Shown here: piece by piece, positions 50,203 through 60,040 of the stretch
Position numbering within the stretch: position 1 is the stretch's first letter
How the letters are laid out: each line of letters opens with the position of its first letter
Source of the DNA: a virus
Taxonomy: Duplodnaviria; Heunggongvirae; Uroviricota; Caudoviricetes
IMG/VR virus record: IMGVR_UViG_2687453522_000001
DNA: 64,000 nt
Reading direction: 5' to 3' (one strand)
Notes under the pieces: model-generated
Database searches by the model: none
What the model saw: only the letters and a program-made list of their open reading frames with translations
What the model was told of the DNA's origin: nothing
Translations under genes and position numbers: made by a program

Positions 50203-51018
50203 TTAGCCAAGGCGCTTACGGCGCAGTTTCATTGACTTTTTGCGGGCAAGTTTTGCCGCGCCAGTCTGGGCTTTTCGACGCGCTTTTTTCAGCGCCGATT
50301 TTTGAGCCGCAGTCAGACGTTTTTTACGCAGGCGTTTACGGATGAGTTTGATCTCACCGTTACGAACAACCTTCTTAAATGCTTCAGTCAGCATTTCATC
50401 AGAAGTGCCAGCAACAACAAACGCCGCTTCCAGTTCGTCGCGGTCGTCGCTATCTAAACCAGCGATAGAGGCACCAACATCAGCAGCAGCGTCGTCGTCT
50501 TCATCGTCAGCCAGTGCTTCGATCAGGTCATCATCTACACCGCATGCTGCGAGGAAGTCAGCAACATTTGCCCATGCTTCGTTATAGGCATCGTCCTGTT
50601 CTTCTGTAACTTCGGAGTCGTCGTCATCAGAGATACCAGCGATAGCCTGAACGAAACCATCAAGGGAGTCGAAAGTCAGATCACCGCTATCAGCCCAGGC
50701 GAAAACGGCATCGGCCGCATTACTCAACGCATTCTGCATAGCACTTCGATTTGCAGCTTCCAGAATCATCTTGTGCGCCTGTTCGACGGTCCATTCTTTA
50801 CCATCTTTTCCTTCCAGGATTTGCTCTGGAGCCGGGGCAGATGGAACGTTATCGTTAGTCTGTGCCGCCGGTTCCGGATTATTATTAATAACCGGATCTG
50901 TTGGCGGTTCGGCGCTTGCTCGGGCAGACTCCATCAGCTGCACAGGATCAGAGTTCAAAGCGAAACGGGACAGTCCATTCCCCAAAAATGCCCCGGATTG
51001 AAAAAAGTTTTTGCTCAT
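50203..51018 (-). CDS. hypothetical acidic protein with a highly basic C-terminal tail, 271 aa
   Basis: Asp/Glu-rich body and KLIRKRLRKKRL...KLRRKRLG tail. Confidence 0.4.
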   Translation of the reverse strand: MSKNFFQSGAFLGNGLSRFALNSDPVQLMESARASAEPPTDPVINNNPEPAAQTNDNVPSAPAPEQILEGKDGKEWTVEQAHKMILEAANRSAMQNALSNAADAVFAWADSGDLTFDSLDGFVQAIAGISDDDDSEVTEEQDDAYNEAWANVADFLAACGVDDDLIEALADDEDDDAAADVGASIAGLDSDDRDELEAAFVVAGTSDEMLTEAFKKVVRNGEIKLIRKRLRKKRLTAAQKSALKKARRKAQTGAAKLARKKSMKLRRKRLG

Positions 51019-51027
51019 TGTATTCCC

Positions 51028-52617
51028 TTACTTAATAAGCAGCGGTACGCCCTGGATACGACGGCCTACGCCAGTCGGGCAGCAGGCCCAGACTGCTTCC
51101 CATTTATCGAATTCCGCCTGCGTAACTTTCAGCACATACGGTTCTGTACCGTCAGCATCGGGATCACGAGGAGCCACCAGAGCGCCGGAGGCGACAAAGC
51201 GATCTAAAAGTTTGGTCATCCCTTTAGTCAGGCCAGCCGCAGTAATACCGTCCGGGCTATGCTTCATCTGTCGGGCTAACTGGACAAAGAAACGACTGAT
51301 TGCATTCATCAGGGATGGGACGTGCTGGAAGTGCAGATAGTTATCCTGCGTGCAGCAAGTTAAAGCATCGTCGATGATCATCTGGCCAGAGGTGCCAACA
51401 GATACTTTATTGAGACGGCCCTTGACCATTGCTTCTTCGTCCGGGGTATCTTCCGGATACAGCGGTTGAATTGACGCACGAGCAATGACGGCACGTTCTT
51501 CACCAGCCGGTGAGTAATGCCAACCGCCGACATCAGAGTTTTTCTTGACGCCACGAGCTTTCGCCGCATACGCCGCGCCAGACAGACCGAAGACCACACG
51601 GGATTGGGTCCATTTGTCTTTGCAGGAGAACGGGTAGTGATAGACAGAACAGCTTACATAATCGGTACCAAGTAAACCGGTACCCTCAACAGCTGTTAGT
51701 GCTTCTGCGTACCTTAATGTCGGTTTGACATCAAAGAAGCCATCAATCAGGCGATCTGCACAGATTTTACCTAATGCGGTGATAGCCGCATTGTCATAGC
51801 AGCCCAGGCCAAGAACAGCGGTGTACATGTACGGCGCATTATTCAGCACTTTAACCGCACGCAGGTAAGCAGCGGTTGAGATTTTCGACTGATCGCCATT
51901 GGTACCGCCAGTGAATGCCACCGATTTTTTATTTGTTACTTTCGCTGTAGAAATCAGCTCTTCATTAACAACCGCACGCAGATATTTAGAACGGGCTTCC
52001 AGAGCCGTAGGCAGATAACACAAGCGGCCCATGTCATCTTTCGCTTCTTCCGCCAAAGACACAGTGTGTGTCTCCAGGGTCGTTACCACACCGAGCGAAG
52101 TCGTCTGGGTCAGTTTTAAGAGGAAGCGTTCATTACCCGCGCTGTCCGCTGTTGCCGTTTCGATGGTTAACTCACGGGTAGGTGAAATACACGGATCACC
52201 ATCATCAACGTAGATAGCAAAGGCTTCGCCGCTATCAAGTTCAATTTCAGAACCGTATGGCAACGCACTGTTAGCCGGTTCGCCTGATTCATCGAACATA
52301 ATAATCGGGAACTTCGCATCATCCGGAACAGCACGGACAACATAACCAGACGTTTGCTGAATAGCTTCGTACACATGGCGAATTGGTTCAAACTGTGAGC
52401 CGGAAGACGGCTTCAGCGGTTCGCCAAGAACATCTTCGTAATTGGACTCAGTAACCGCAAGAACAGTAAACGGCTTGCCACGCGCAAATACGCCAATACC
52501 AGCCCACAAGCTGCTATTTAATGCAACACCGGTAGATAACGTCGCATCGGCATTGATCGGGCTAACCGCGACGCCGGATGCATTACCTAATGACTGTTGA
52601 ATTGAATATTGAGACAT
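51028..52617 (-). CDS. contractile tail sheath protein (P1 gp22-like), 529 aa
   Basis: Size and position typical of a myovirus sheath; synteny with P1 genes 21-22-23. Confidence 0.55.
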   Translation of the reverse strand: MSQYSIQQSLGNASGVAVSPINADATLSTGVALNSSLWAGIGVFARGKPFTVLAVTESNYEDVLGEPLKPSSGSQFEPIRHVYEAIQQTSGYVVRAVPDDAKFPIIMFDESGEPANSALPYGSEIELDSGEAFAIYVDDGDPCISPTRELTIETATADSAGNERFLLKLTQTTSLGVVTTLETHTVSLAEEAKDDMGRLCYLPTALEARSKYLRAVVNEELISTAKVTNKKSVAFTGGTNGDQSKISTAAYLRAVKVLNNAPYMYTAVLGLGCYDNAAITALGKICADRLIDGFFDVKPTLRYAEALTAVEGTGLLGTDYVSCSVYHYPFSCKDKWTQSRVVFGLSGAAYAAKARGVKKNSDVGGWHYSPAGEERAVIARASIQPLYPEDTPDEEAMVKGRLNKVSVGTSGQMIIDDALTCCTQDNYLHFQHVPSLMNAISRFFVQLARQMKHSPDGITAAGLTKGMTKLLDRFVASGALVAPRDPDADGTEPYVLKVTQAEFDKWEAVWACCPTGVGRRIQGVPLLIK

Positions 52618-52677
52618 AACTTTCCCTGTTATGCGCCCCGCGCGGGGGCGCTATGTTAAACGGAGAGCTTCCCCTGA

Positions 52678-54405
52678 TTACTCAGAGTCACCAGCATCAA
52701 TCGTGTTACCGGTCAGGAAGTTAATTCCGCCATTTTTTGCCATAGTCAGAGTTACACGGGTGAAGTAGTCAGCACCGTTGCGTGGATGCATATCGTTGAT
52801 AGCCGAACCCCACAGAGTGGTTCGGTTGACTAGTGCCGGGGTGGTCGGATGCTGGAATGGGACAGCCGGGACTGCATCACCAGTTACGAAGCCCGCTTTG
52901 CCCGGATTTTCATCACGGACGTAGCACAGCACATCCATTGGGCTGAACTGGATACCGTCGGCGGTCAGGTTCGTACAAATACCTTCTGGTACTTCGAACA
53001 CTTTGACGTTGCCGAACAGAGTGCCAATGTAGTGGACGTATGGGGTCTGGATGTAATCTTCTGCTGGCTGGAAGAAATCCTTCGGCAATTGTTTGAAGAA
53101 AGATGCCGCATCAGCACCGGCATACATCCCCATCGCACCAGAAGATTTAACACGCTCAATAATACCGCGATATACCGTCTGGAATTTGCCTCGAATGATG
53201 GTTGCCCACACATCAAAGGTCTGGTTAGCTGGTAGTGCAATATCAAAGGAGTCGGTCGCAAGAGTTCGCCAAATCATGATACGAAGACGAAGCATATCTT
53301 GCTCATGGGACAGGTATTCCTTCAGGGTGCGGAACTGTAGGGAGCCAAGATCCAGACCAAATTCACGCTGTGCTTCATACGCCGCCTGTACCGTGTGCTC
53401 AGCCGCGATGACGAACTGGTTTGGGAACAGGGTGTAACTCTTCATTTCGTGGTTGATAAGTGGGATCAGCTCAGGAGCTGCTTCTATATTGATCTCCGCC
53501 TCAATGGCGATCTCAGTGCCTTTATCCGGCGCTTTGGAGAACGACAGGGCAATCTGACCAACGTTGTAATTCAAAGAGCAAGTAACAGTGATTTGTTCGC
53601 CTGCTTTGTTATTGAATGTGTGAAGCAGAGTACCGGAGCCGTTATCAACAACAGACTTAATACGGTTAACGTAGATGTTTGTGCGACCTTTGCGAATCGG
53701 GACATTCTGACCTTCGACATCTTCCATCTTGAAGGTTGCAGTTTTGCTGGTGCCGTCGGAGCTTGCAACCAGCACATAGCGGCGGCGCAACTGGCTGTAC
53801 ACGCCAACGGATTGCATGTCCAGAACATCGCCAATAGCATAGGAGCCAAAAGAAGAACCCGCTACGTTAAAGATTTCATAGATTTCGGACTTGTCACGCG
53901 TAACCGGAATGAATGTACACGCATCAGCGGTAGCTGCCCCCAACTGAACAGGCAGGATCATCGCCAAGAATAAAGGCAGACGCATAACCCCGTCAGAAAC
54001 ACTCATCATCTCTGCCGCGACTGATTCCAGCATCGCTTTATTGGTGGCGTCCATGCTATTGCGGGTGGACTCAATCAGGCAGTTTTCCAGCGTCTGATGG
54101 CAGGAGGCCAGAATTTCCGGACGTGGCATAGATTTATGTGTTGCGGCGTAGTCAGCCAGTGCACTTGCCCACGCTGTAGCGATTTGAGCGGTGGCATTAT
54201 CAGAGATACCCGCAAAAATTGGGTCTTTACGTGCAGCTTCAAGGATAGATGCGGCACGCGCGGCATCATCTTTAATGAATTGGTTATCAGTACCGAACTG
54301 CGCAGTGCTTGCCCAGCCAAGCACAGCTTTAGAGCGTTTTGCGATATCTGCAATACGATTCTGGTATTCGCGTAAGTTACTCAATTTACTCTTCCTTAAA
54401 CACAA
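52678..54405 (-). CDS. major capsid protein precursor (P1 gp23-like), 575 aa
   Basis: Lies immediately upstream of the par locus as P1 gene 23; size fits a capsid precursor. Confidence 0.5.
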   Translation of the reverse strand: MCLRKSKLSNLREYQNRIADIAKRSKAVLGWASTAQFGTDNQFIKDDAARAASILEAARKDPIFAGISDNATAQIATAWASALADYAATHKSMPRPEILASCHQTLENCLIESTRNSMDATNKAMLESVAAEMMSVSDGVMRLPLFLAMILPVQLGAATADACTFIPVTRDKSEIYEIFNVAGSSFGSYAIGDVLDMQSVGVYSQLRRRYVLVASSDGTSKTATFKMEDVEGQNVPIRKGRTNIYVNRIKSVVDNGSGTLLHTFNNKAGEQITVTCSLNYNVGQIALSFSKAPDKGTEIAIEAEINIEAAPELIPLINHEMKSYTLFPNQFVIAAEHTVQAAYEAQREFGLDLGSLQFRTLKEYLSHEQDMLRLRIMIWRTLATDSFDIALPANQTFDVWATIIRGKFQTVYRGIIERVKSSGAMGMYAGADAASFFKQLPKDFFQPAEDYIQTPYVHYIGTLFGNVKVFEVPEGICTNLTADGIQFSPMDVLCYVRDENPGKAGFVTGDAVPAVPFQHPTTPALVNRTTLWGSAINDMHPRNGADYFTRVTLTMAKNGGINFLTGNTIDAGDSE

Positions 54406-54519
54406 GGCACTTGTGTGAATCCCTTTTCGGAAGAGATTTTATTGAAAGTCACTTGTTGACTTTCTCGTGACAAGCAATTTTTTTATTTTTTTTCGGGAGT
54501 AGGGGAGGAAGGTAAAATC

Positions 54520-54610
54520 CAAGGTGAAATCGTGGCGATTTCACCTTGAAATTTTAGAGTGATTTACTTTAAAAACAGTAGGTTAATAGTGAAATTTGAA
54601 TGGCGAAAGT
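54520..54610. promoter_or_regulatory. parS partition site (centromere)
   Basis: GTGAAATCGTGGCGATTTCAC palindrome (box A ATTTCAC heptamers flanking box B TCGCCA) plus a second box A/box B pair (GTGAAAT...TGGCGA) across an AT-rich spacer, directly downstream of parB. Confidence 0.75.
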
Positions 54611-55612
54611 TTAAGGCTTCGGCTTTTTATCGAGGCTCTTTCTAAGGATATGCCCAATCATCCTGTCGAGTTCTTCCTGTAGCTCTTTTGAAAGTCGATT
54701 AAACTCATAAGAAAATGCACGGCCTTTCACGCGCTTCCTTGCAAAGCGATCCTTGTCCTCAAATTTCCATAATTCAGTAACTACGGACTTATCTTTAGAA
54801 CCTTTATCCGTGAGTAGTGAGGCTTCCTTTGTTATCAAGCGCAGGATTTTATTTTTAACTTCATCTTCGGCCATTTCTTCAATGGATAAGATGTCGTTTA
54901 TTTCCGGGGATATGTTTTGAATAAGCTGATCAAACTCTAAATTCTTGTTCCCCATTTCGTCGCCAACAGCACAAAGCGTTTTGTAGTCCGAAAAGGTTAA
55001 TTCCGACTGCACAGGGAAAAGGGCGACTAATTCTTCCGGAGCACTCGCTGCCTGGAGAGCACGCGTGACTTTCGCCTGAGACAGCCCTTCCTTGGCTGCA
55101 ATATCCTTCTGACTCATCCCATCATTTTTCATTCGCATCAAACGCAGACCTATTTCTCGAATGCTGTGCTGCAATGCTGTCTGAACGTCTTTCGCTAAAT
55201 TTTGCGCTTCCTGAACGCTGATCTCCTGGTCCGTGACTAAAACCCGCAACCCTACGTTCTCTAAGATGGCAGAAGCTCGACGCCGGGAACCATCCAAAAT
55301 TTCAATTTTCCCTGTAGCCCGTCTAACACCTATTGCAGGGTAAAATTGCTGATGCTTAATAGTGCTTCGGATACTTTTTAATGATTTTGGCGTAAGAGAT
55401 GCCTGGTCACGCCCGTTGTTATGCTGATCAACAAAGGTATCGCGTTCTACCTGGTTCGGAGGTATTACCTCTTCAATAAATGTGGCCTGGCGACCAGTTG
55501 ATAACTTGAATACCTGCTCGACTCGATCGCCAGAGGCTGAAGAACTATCAAATCCGCTTAATATTGAAGGATTAAGGGTTCGCCCAATTGTTGGTCTGTT
55601 TTTCTTTGACAT
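54611..55612 (-). CDS. parB: ParB partition protein, 333 aa
   Basis: Length equals P1 ParB; follows parA; parS immediately downstream. Confidence 0.9.
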   Translation of the reverse strand: MSKKNRPTIGRTLNPSILSGFDSSSASGDRVEQVFKLSTGRQATFIEEVIPPNQVERDTFVDQHNNGRDQASLTPKSLKSIRSTIKHQQFYPAIGVRRATGKIEILDGSRRRASAILENVGLRVLVTDQEISVQEAQNLAKDVQTALQHSIREIGLRLMRMKNDGMSQKDIAAKEGLSQAKVTRALQAASAPEELVALFPVQSELTFSDYKTLCAVGDEMGNKNLEFDQLIQNISPEINDILSIEEMAEDEVKNKILRLITKEASLLTDKGSKDKSVVTELWKFEDKDRFARKRVKGRAFSYEFNRLSKELQEELDRMIGHILRKSLDKKPKP

Positions 55613-55628
55613 GGGGGTTTCTTACTCC

Positions 55629-56825
55629 TCAGTTAGATCTGATAAATTCAATACGGTCAAAAACTGCTTTAGCAAAATCTTCCGCGGCAATTCGCGCGTT
55701 CTTCAATGCATCAGCACTACCAACATACGTTGCCGGGTTAGCTGAAATAACAGTGTCAAAAGACTCGCCGCAACGTTCAAAACCGTCAAGGCGAGGGAGG
55801 ACGACATCGAGCATATCCCCACCGAACACTTCTTTAGCCAAGCTATGGCAATACTTATGATCTGCCTTGTTACTCAACTTGGACATAAAACCAATGTTAG
55901 TCGCAAGCTGGCACTCGCAGCCTTCATCCGAAATGAGTTTCACCAACTCAGGAAGGCGGGCAACGTATTTAAGCGATGAGTGGAAATCGACAGTTGCTGG
56001 CGGCAGAGGTGTAAACAGTATATTGGCCGAGGCCAAAGCATTTTTCAGGAAGGCGTCAAGGTGAGGACCACTATCAACGAGGATAAAGTCATAATCGCTC
56101 TTCAGCTTATCAATCACATTTTCTTTCAGGACAGCATGGATGTTCTGACCCGGTAGATGCTCATTGCACAGCTCTCTCCAATCGGATGCAATAAAGGCAT
56201 CGTCAATCGACGCAGGCATAACGTCAACCCCAGGTACAACAGAAGGAACAATAAACTCCTCTAACAGCTCTTCACGGCTTACATTCTGCAACATAGCCTG
56301 TGCAGATGTTGCGTTTACGATACCAATAGAGTGTTTATGGCTTAAAAACATCGTTGCTGAAGATTGCGGATCAAGGTCAATAACCAGAATCCTTAAATCT
56401 TCCATCAGAAGATGAGGGTGGGCACGCATTGCATGCGCCAGAGAAACCGTCGATACAGTTTTTGACACACCGCCTTTAAGATTGGAGATGAAAATCACAT
56501 ACGCTTCGCTGTAGCGATCCCGGTATTTTGGCACTCCGCGATGTTCATATATGTCAATGATGTTCTGAATTGACATCGCATATTTCATTGAAGAGCCAGC
56601 AGGGCGTTTATCGAAAACATAGCCCTTTTCTTCCATTTCACTTACGGCATAGTCAACGTTCGCTCGAGTCAGTAGAGGCAATTTTGCCAGTGCCGCTTTC
56701 GCATAGACCTGGTAAAACTCGTTCGCGTGTAGCTCATCCTTTTGCAACTGTACTTGTTCAGTCAGAACATTGAGCATTCTGTTTGCTCTTTGAGCAACCT
56801 TGTGAAGCTGGCTGGAATCACTCAT
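55629..56825 (-). CDS. parA: ParA partition ATPase (type Ia, N-terminal HTH extension), 398 aa
   Basis: Walker A NLKGGVSKTVSTVS; length equals P1 ParA. Confidence 0.9.
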   Translation of the reverse strand: MSDSSQLHKVAQRANRMLNVLTEQVQLQKDELHANEFYQVYAKAALAKLPLLTRANVDYAVSEMEEKGYVFDKRPAGSSMKYAMSIQNIIDIYEHRGVPKYRDRYSEAYVIFISNLKGGVSKTVSTVSLAHAMRAHPHLLMEDLRILVIDLDPQSSATMFLSHKHSIGIVNATSAQAMLQNVSREELLEEFIVPSVVPGVDVMPASIDDAFIASDWRELCNEHLPGQNIHAVLKENVIDKLKSDYDFILVDSGPHLDAFLKNALASANILFTPLPPATVDFHSSLKYVARLPELVKLISDEGCECQLATNIGFMSKLSNKADHKYCHSLAKEVFGGDMLDVVLPRLDGFERCGESFDTVISANPATYVGSADALKNARIAAEDFAKAVFDRIEFIRSN

Positions 56826-57098
56826 CGAAAGTCATCCTTTATGCTGTATTTTTGAATTTAATTAAAAATGCTGCATAAAATAATAATGTATGCGTAGATG
56901 CTTGTACATAGCATTCTCTGCATGTTTACTCCTTTGCCAAGTGTGTCACAACATGCTTTGGCATCCTCCACGTATAAAGGACGCGGATTTCTTCTATGTT
57001 CAGGTTGTAGCCTGAATCATTTTGGTGATTTCCTGCTTCAACGGGCAGCCAGGCTTCACTCTCTATCAACTGGTGAGAACGGCTTGCCCGGCAGCTTC

Positions 57099-57382
57099 GA
57101 TGTGTGCTGGAGGGAGAATAAAAGTCTAAGATGTGCGATAGAGGGAAGTCGCATTGAATTATGTGCTGTGGAGGGATCGCTGGTATCAAATATGTGTGCT
57201 GGAGGGAAAGACAGAGAATTACATGTGCGCTGGAGGGAAAAACTGATGGACAGATGTGTGCTGGAGGGAAAGTCTGGGCAAACTGCGGGGCGTCCCCCTC
57301 CAGCGCACATCAAAAACAGGAAATTGGACAAGCCTTCCCGGCAGCACACATTTTTTGAATGCAGCTGCCCTCCAGCACACAC
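57099..57382. repeat. incA iteron array (nine 19-bp RepA-binding repeats, six in one orientation and three inverted)
   Basis: GATGTGTGCTGGAGGGAAA-type repeats at about 57099, 57131, 57159, 57191, 57222, 57251; inverted copies (CCCTCCAGC[A/G]CACA) at about 57295, 57335, 57368. Confidence 0.85.
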
Positions 57383-58243
57383 TTATTCGGGGAGTTTCAG
57401 CTTTGGATTGCGAGAATGGACGATTACAAAACTTTCCCGGCCTTTCTTCTCAATTGAACAGTCGAGATAGCCGATTGTTTTAAGCTGTTCTATCGCTTTC
57501 TTAATGATACGGTTTTGCTCGCCAACAGCTGACTGCAAAGCCAGGCGCTCACGGATTCGCGCGAACGATAGCGGCAACGGGTTCTGCGGAAGGCTTTCGA
57601 TGAAAGTGTAAATGGCTTGTGCAGCTTCTTTCTTCGGAAGGGCACGCAAGGCGTGGTGTTGCAACAGAACGCGATAATCAAGCTGGAACAGCTCCCACAA
57701 CTTCGAATCAGCCTCCAGCTCTATCAGATCAAGGTCAGCATCAAAACGCCCGACCTTCAGCAGACCAGTCTGATAGCCGCCTTTAGCATCTTTTCCGCGC
57801 TTAAAAGCGATACCCTTGTTACGCAAGCGTCCAAGTGATTCATGAATGGTTAAACGCAGTTTCGCATCCAGACGTTTTGAGGGGAAACCACAGGCTTTAG
57901 CGAATTCCTGAAACGATAACTGGATGGTGTTTGAGGACAAGCCGTATTTGCTGAACGCGTAGATGACACCGATCCACGTTTTGAAATCAGTATCCATATC
58001 GAGTCGAGGACCGGTGATTTTAATATCATCGTAACCCTCGGCTTTAGCTATCTCCAGCTGGGAAAACGCTTTGGTGGCATCAATCTCTTTACTTTCTCCT
58101 TTGCTCTTTGATGGCTTCGGCACGAATACCCCCAAGCGCATCAACGCTACAGGCTGCACAGTGTTGTTTGAATTAACTGTTAGTTCTTTTGCCTTACTTT
58201 CAATGTCTGCGTAAAGAATATCGGAGATAAATGATTGATTCAT
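57383..58243 (-). CDS. repA: RepA plasmid replication initiator, 286 aa
   Basis: Flanked by iteron arrays; length equals P1 RepA. Confidence 0.9.
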   Translation of the reverse strand: MNQSFISDILYADIESKAKELTVNSNNTVQPVALMRLGVFVPKPSKSKGESKEIDATKAFSQLEIAKAEGYDDIKITGPRLDMDTDFKTWIGVIYAFSKYGLSSNTIQLSFQEFAKACGFPSKRLDAKLRLTIHESLGRLRNKGIAFKRGKDAKGGYQTGLLKVGRFDADLDLIELEADSKLWELFQLDYRVLLQHHALRALPKKEAAQAIYTFIESLPQNPLPLSFARIRERLALQSAVGEQNRIIKKAIEQLKTIGYLDCSIEKKGRESFVIVHSRNPKLKLPE

Positions 58244-58287
58244 GTTACTTTTTCCGAATTGTGTGGATAGTTTTTATAAGTGGTGAT

Positions 58288-58394
58288 AACTACCCAGGCT
58301 TTCCCGTCAGCACACATCCTATATCCCGCCAGCACACATTAGCAACCCGTCAGCACACATTTTTATCCCTCCAGCACACATCGTTTTCCCTCCA
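58288..58394. repeat. incC iterons (five copies) of the plasmid origin oriR
   Basis: Five CC[G/T][C/T]CAGCACACAT repeats directly upstream of repA. Confidence 0.85.
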
Positions 58395-58432
58395 GCACAC
58401 ATCGCGATACACTTCTAAGCCAGACGTGGCGC

Positions 58433-58510
58433 GGCCTGCAACGATCAGGGATCTATATGGATCTAATTGGGATCTGTATGGACCTGATTATTGGATCTAC
58501 CCAGTGGATA
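58433..58510. other. oriR core: five GATC (Dam) sites at ~10-bp spacing plus two tandem DnaA boxes
   Basis: GATC at 58433, 58440, 58450, 58461, 58484; DnaA boxes AGTGGATAA (58493-58501) and TGTGGATAA (58502-58510). Confidence 0.7.
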
Positions 58511-58569
58511 ATGTGGATAAGTGAAAAACCGGCCACTGAGGACCGATTTCTGTGAAGAGTTGAAGCGAA

Positions 58570-58971
58570 TTAGTTGTCGTTTTCCGTACCTACTTCTTCG
58601 ATCAACAAACTACTTGTATAGATGCGTAACGTATCACCTTTGTAGAGGAATTGATAACCAACACCTCCTATGGCAGGGAGGTCGGGGAACATTTCAGAAG
58701 CAACCCCAGAGCAAATCACGGCGATACAGTCATCCCGCTGTACATCCTTACGCTCTGTACTCAAAGTTTGCTCTTCCCCGATTGCCTTTGTCATCTCCTC
58801 ATCTTCGTACGCAACAGGGATATATTCAATCGCATCAGGCGTTTTGATACCCAGTTCTTCAGCAATCTCGAACGCCTGTTTAAATTGATCTGACCCAGGA
58901 TATCCAACGGTAATACTCTCAATTTCGAACAAAGAAGTAGCGTTGTTTATTTCTTGTTTAACCGCAAACAT
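58570..58971 (-). CDS. hypothetical protein, 133 aa
   Basis: Acidic ORF downstream of oriR. Confidence 0.4.
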   Translation of the reverse strand: MFAVKQEINNATSLFEIESITVGYPGSDQFKQAFEIAEELGIKTPDAIEYIPVAYEDEEMTKAIGEEQTLSTERKDVQRDDCIAVICSGVASEMFPDLPAIGGVGYQFLYKGDTLRIYTSSLLIEEVGTENDN

Positions 58972-59041
58972 GTTGTTTGTCCTTAGTGGCTTCCTGCCAA
59001 AGTAAAGTCATGAGTGTTGATATTACGATTTCTACAGTTGA

Positions 59042-59401
59042 TTAAATCTGCTCGCTGAGCTTTTGCTTCAGCAGATAACCTTCCAGCGGCCAGATTTTCT
59101 CAATGGCGTTCTTACGGGCCACCTTACGGCCAATCTCCGCGTCGAAATTTTCAGGGCTGGCACAGGCGCTTTCCCCGGTAACAATGAATCCATTGCACAG
59201 CACCAAGACACAGATGGTCAGGCTACGCGTAGAGGGATGAACAGACAGCACCTCACGAACGCCTTCGTGCGCAGCGCGAATGCCGTCAAAAGCTGTGAAA
59301 TAATGCTCTTCGGCAATCACACTCTCGATGTGATCAGGAGTCAGGCGTGGTGCTGTTTTGCCTTTGGCCAGAATCTCTTTTTCAATTTCCATATCGGACA
59401 T
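59042..59401 (-). CDS. hypothetical protein, 119 aa
   Basis: No recognisable motifs. Confidence 0.4.
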   Translation of the reverse strand: MSDMEIEKEILAKGKTAPRLTPDHIESVIAEEHYFTAFDGIRAAHEGVREVLSVHPSTRSLTICVLVLCNGFIVTGESACASPENFDAEIGRKVARKNAIEKIWPLEGYLLKQKLSEQI

Positions 59402-59412
59402 AGTTTTTCCTT

Positions 59413-59664
59413 TTAGTTACCGCTGATAGCACGGTTGTAATCATTAACGTTGCGATTCTTCCTGTTAATCCCCTTCAGCATCGTTTCTGTATCGAGGATA
59501 TACGCTGGCAGATCATCAAAATATTCACTGCTAAACTCTGGCATTCTGCACATAAATGCACTTTTGGGGGCAGGGTGGTTAACCTTTGTCGGCGTCGGCG
59601 TTAAATTCGCTGATCGACTCCCGGAGCAACCGCTGAGTGTCAGCAGGAATGCGCTGGCGAACAT
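59413..59664 (-). CDS. outer-membrane lipoprotein, o-spanin (Rz1)-like
   Basis: Lipobox LTLSGC after a short signal sequence (MFASAFLLTLSGC); Pro-rich mature part; embedded out of frame in the 3' part of the upstream gene. Track ORF 59413..59745. Confidence 0.5.
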   Translation of the reverse strand: MFASAFLLTLSGCSGSRSANLTPTPTKVNHPAPKSAFMCRMPEFSSEYFDDLPAYILDTETMLKGINRKNRNVNDYNRAISGN

Positions 59665-60001
59665 TACCCGCCGCAACCAGTTGTTTCTGAACTTCAGCTT
59701 TTCGTTCCATTTGCCTGTCAGCATATTTGGCTTGTTCTGATTCATTTTTCACTTCCTGGCTGTGAAAATGTTGCTCTGCTTTGTTCATCGTCTCAATGGT
59801 CTGGTTAAGATCCATTATTGACTTATCACGTTCCTTAACAGCCTGATCAAGACTGCCAATTTTCTCCATGGCTTGCTTTAGCTGATGACGTTCCCATGCA
59901 AACCCAGCACCAACAAGTGCGCAAATCAGAACAAGAACACCAGTAGCAGCAAGTTTCTCCTTCAAAGACAAAGCTGTTTTTAACGTAGAAAAGAATGACA
60001 T
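59579..60001 (-). CDS. i-spanin (Rz)-like protein with N-terminal TM helix and coiled-coil periplasmic domain
   Basis: Probable start MSFFSTL; TM segment ATGVLVLICALVGAGFAW; the lipoprotein gene overlaps its 3' part in another frame. Track ORF 59579..60028. Confidence 0.5.
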   Translation of the reverse strand: MSFFSTLKTALSLKEKLAATGVLVLICALVGAGFAWERHQLKQAMEKIGSLDQAVKERDKSIMDLNQTIETMNKAEQHFHSQEVKNESEQAKYADRQMERKAEVQKQLVAAGNVRQRIPADTQRLLRESISEFNADADKG

Positions 60002-60040
60002 GTCTTCCTCCTGAAGAAAAATTATCAATGAAGTCCTTTG

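Noticed and set aside
57099-58394. CRISPR-like short repeats flanking repA
   Set aside because: These are 19-bp iterons with variable spacing in both orientations and no spacers; they are the incA/incC RepA-binding arrays.
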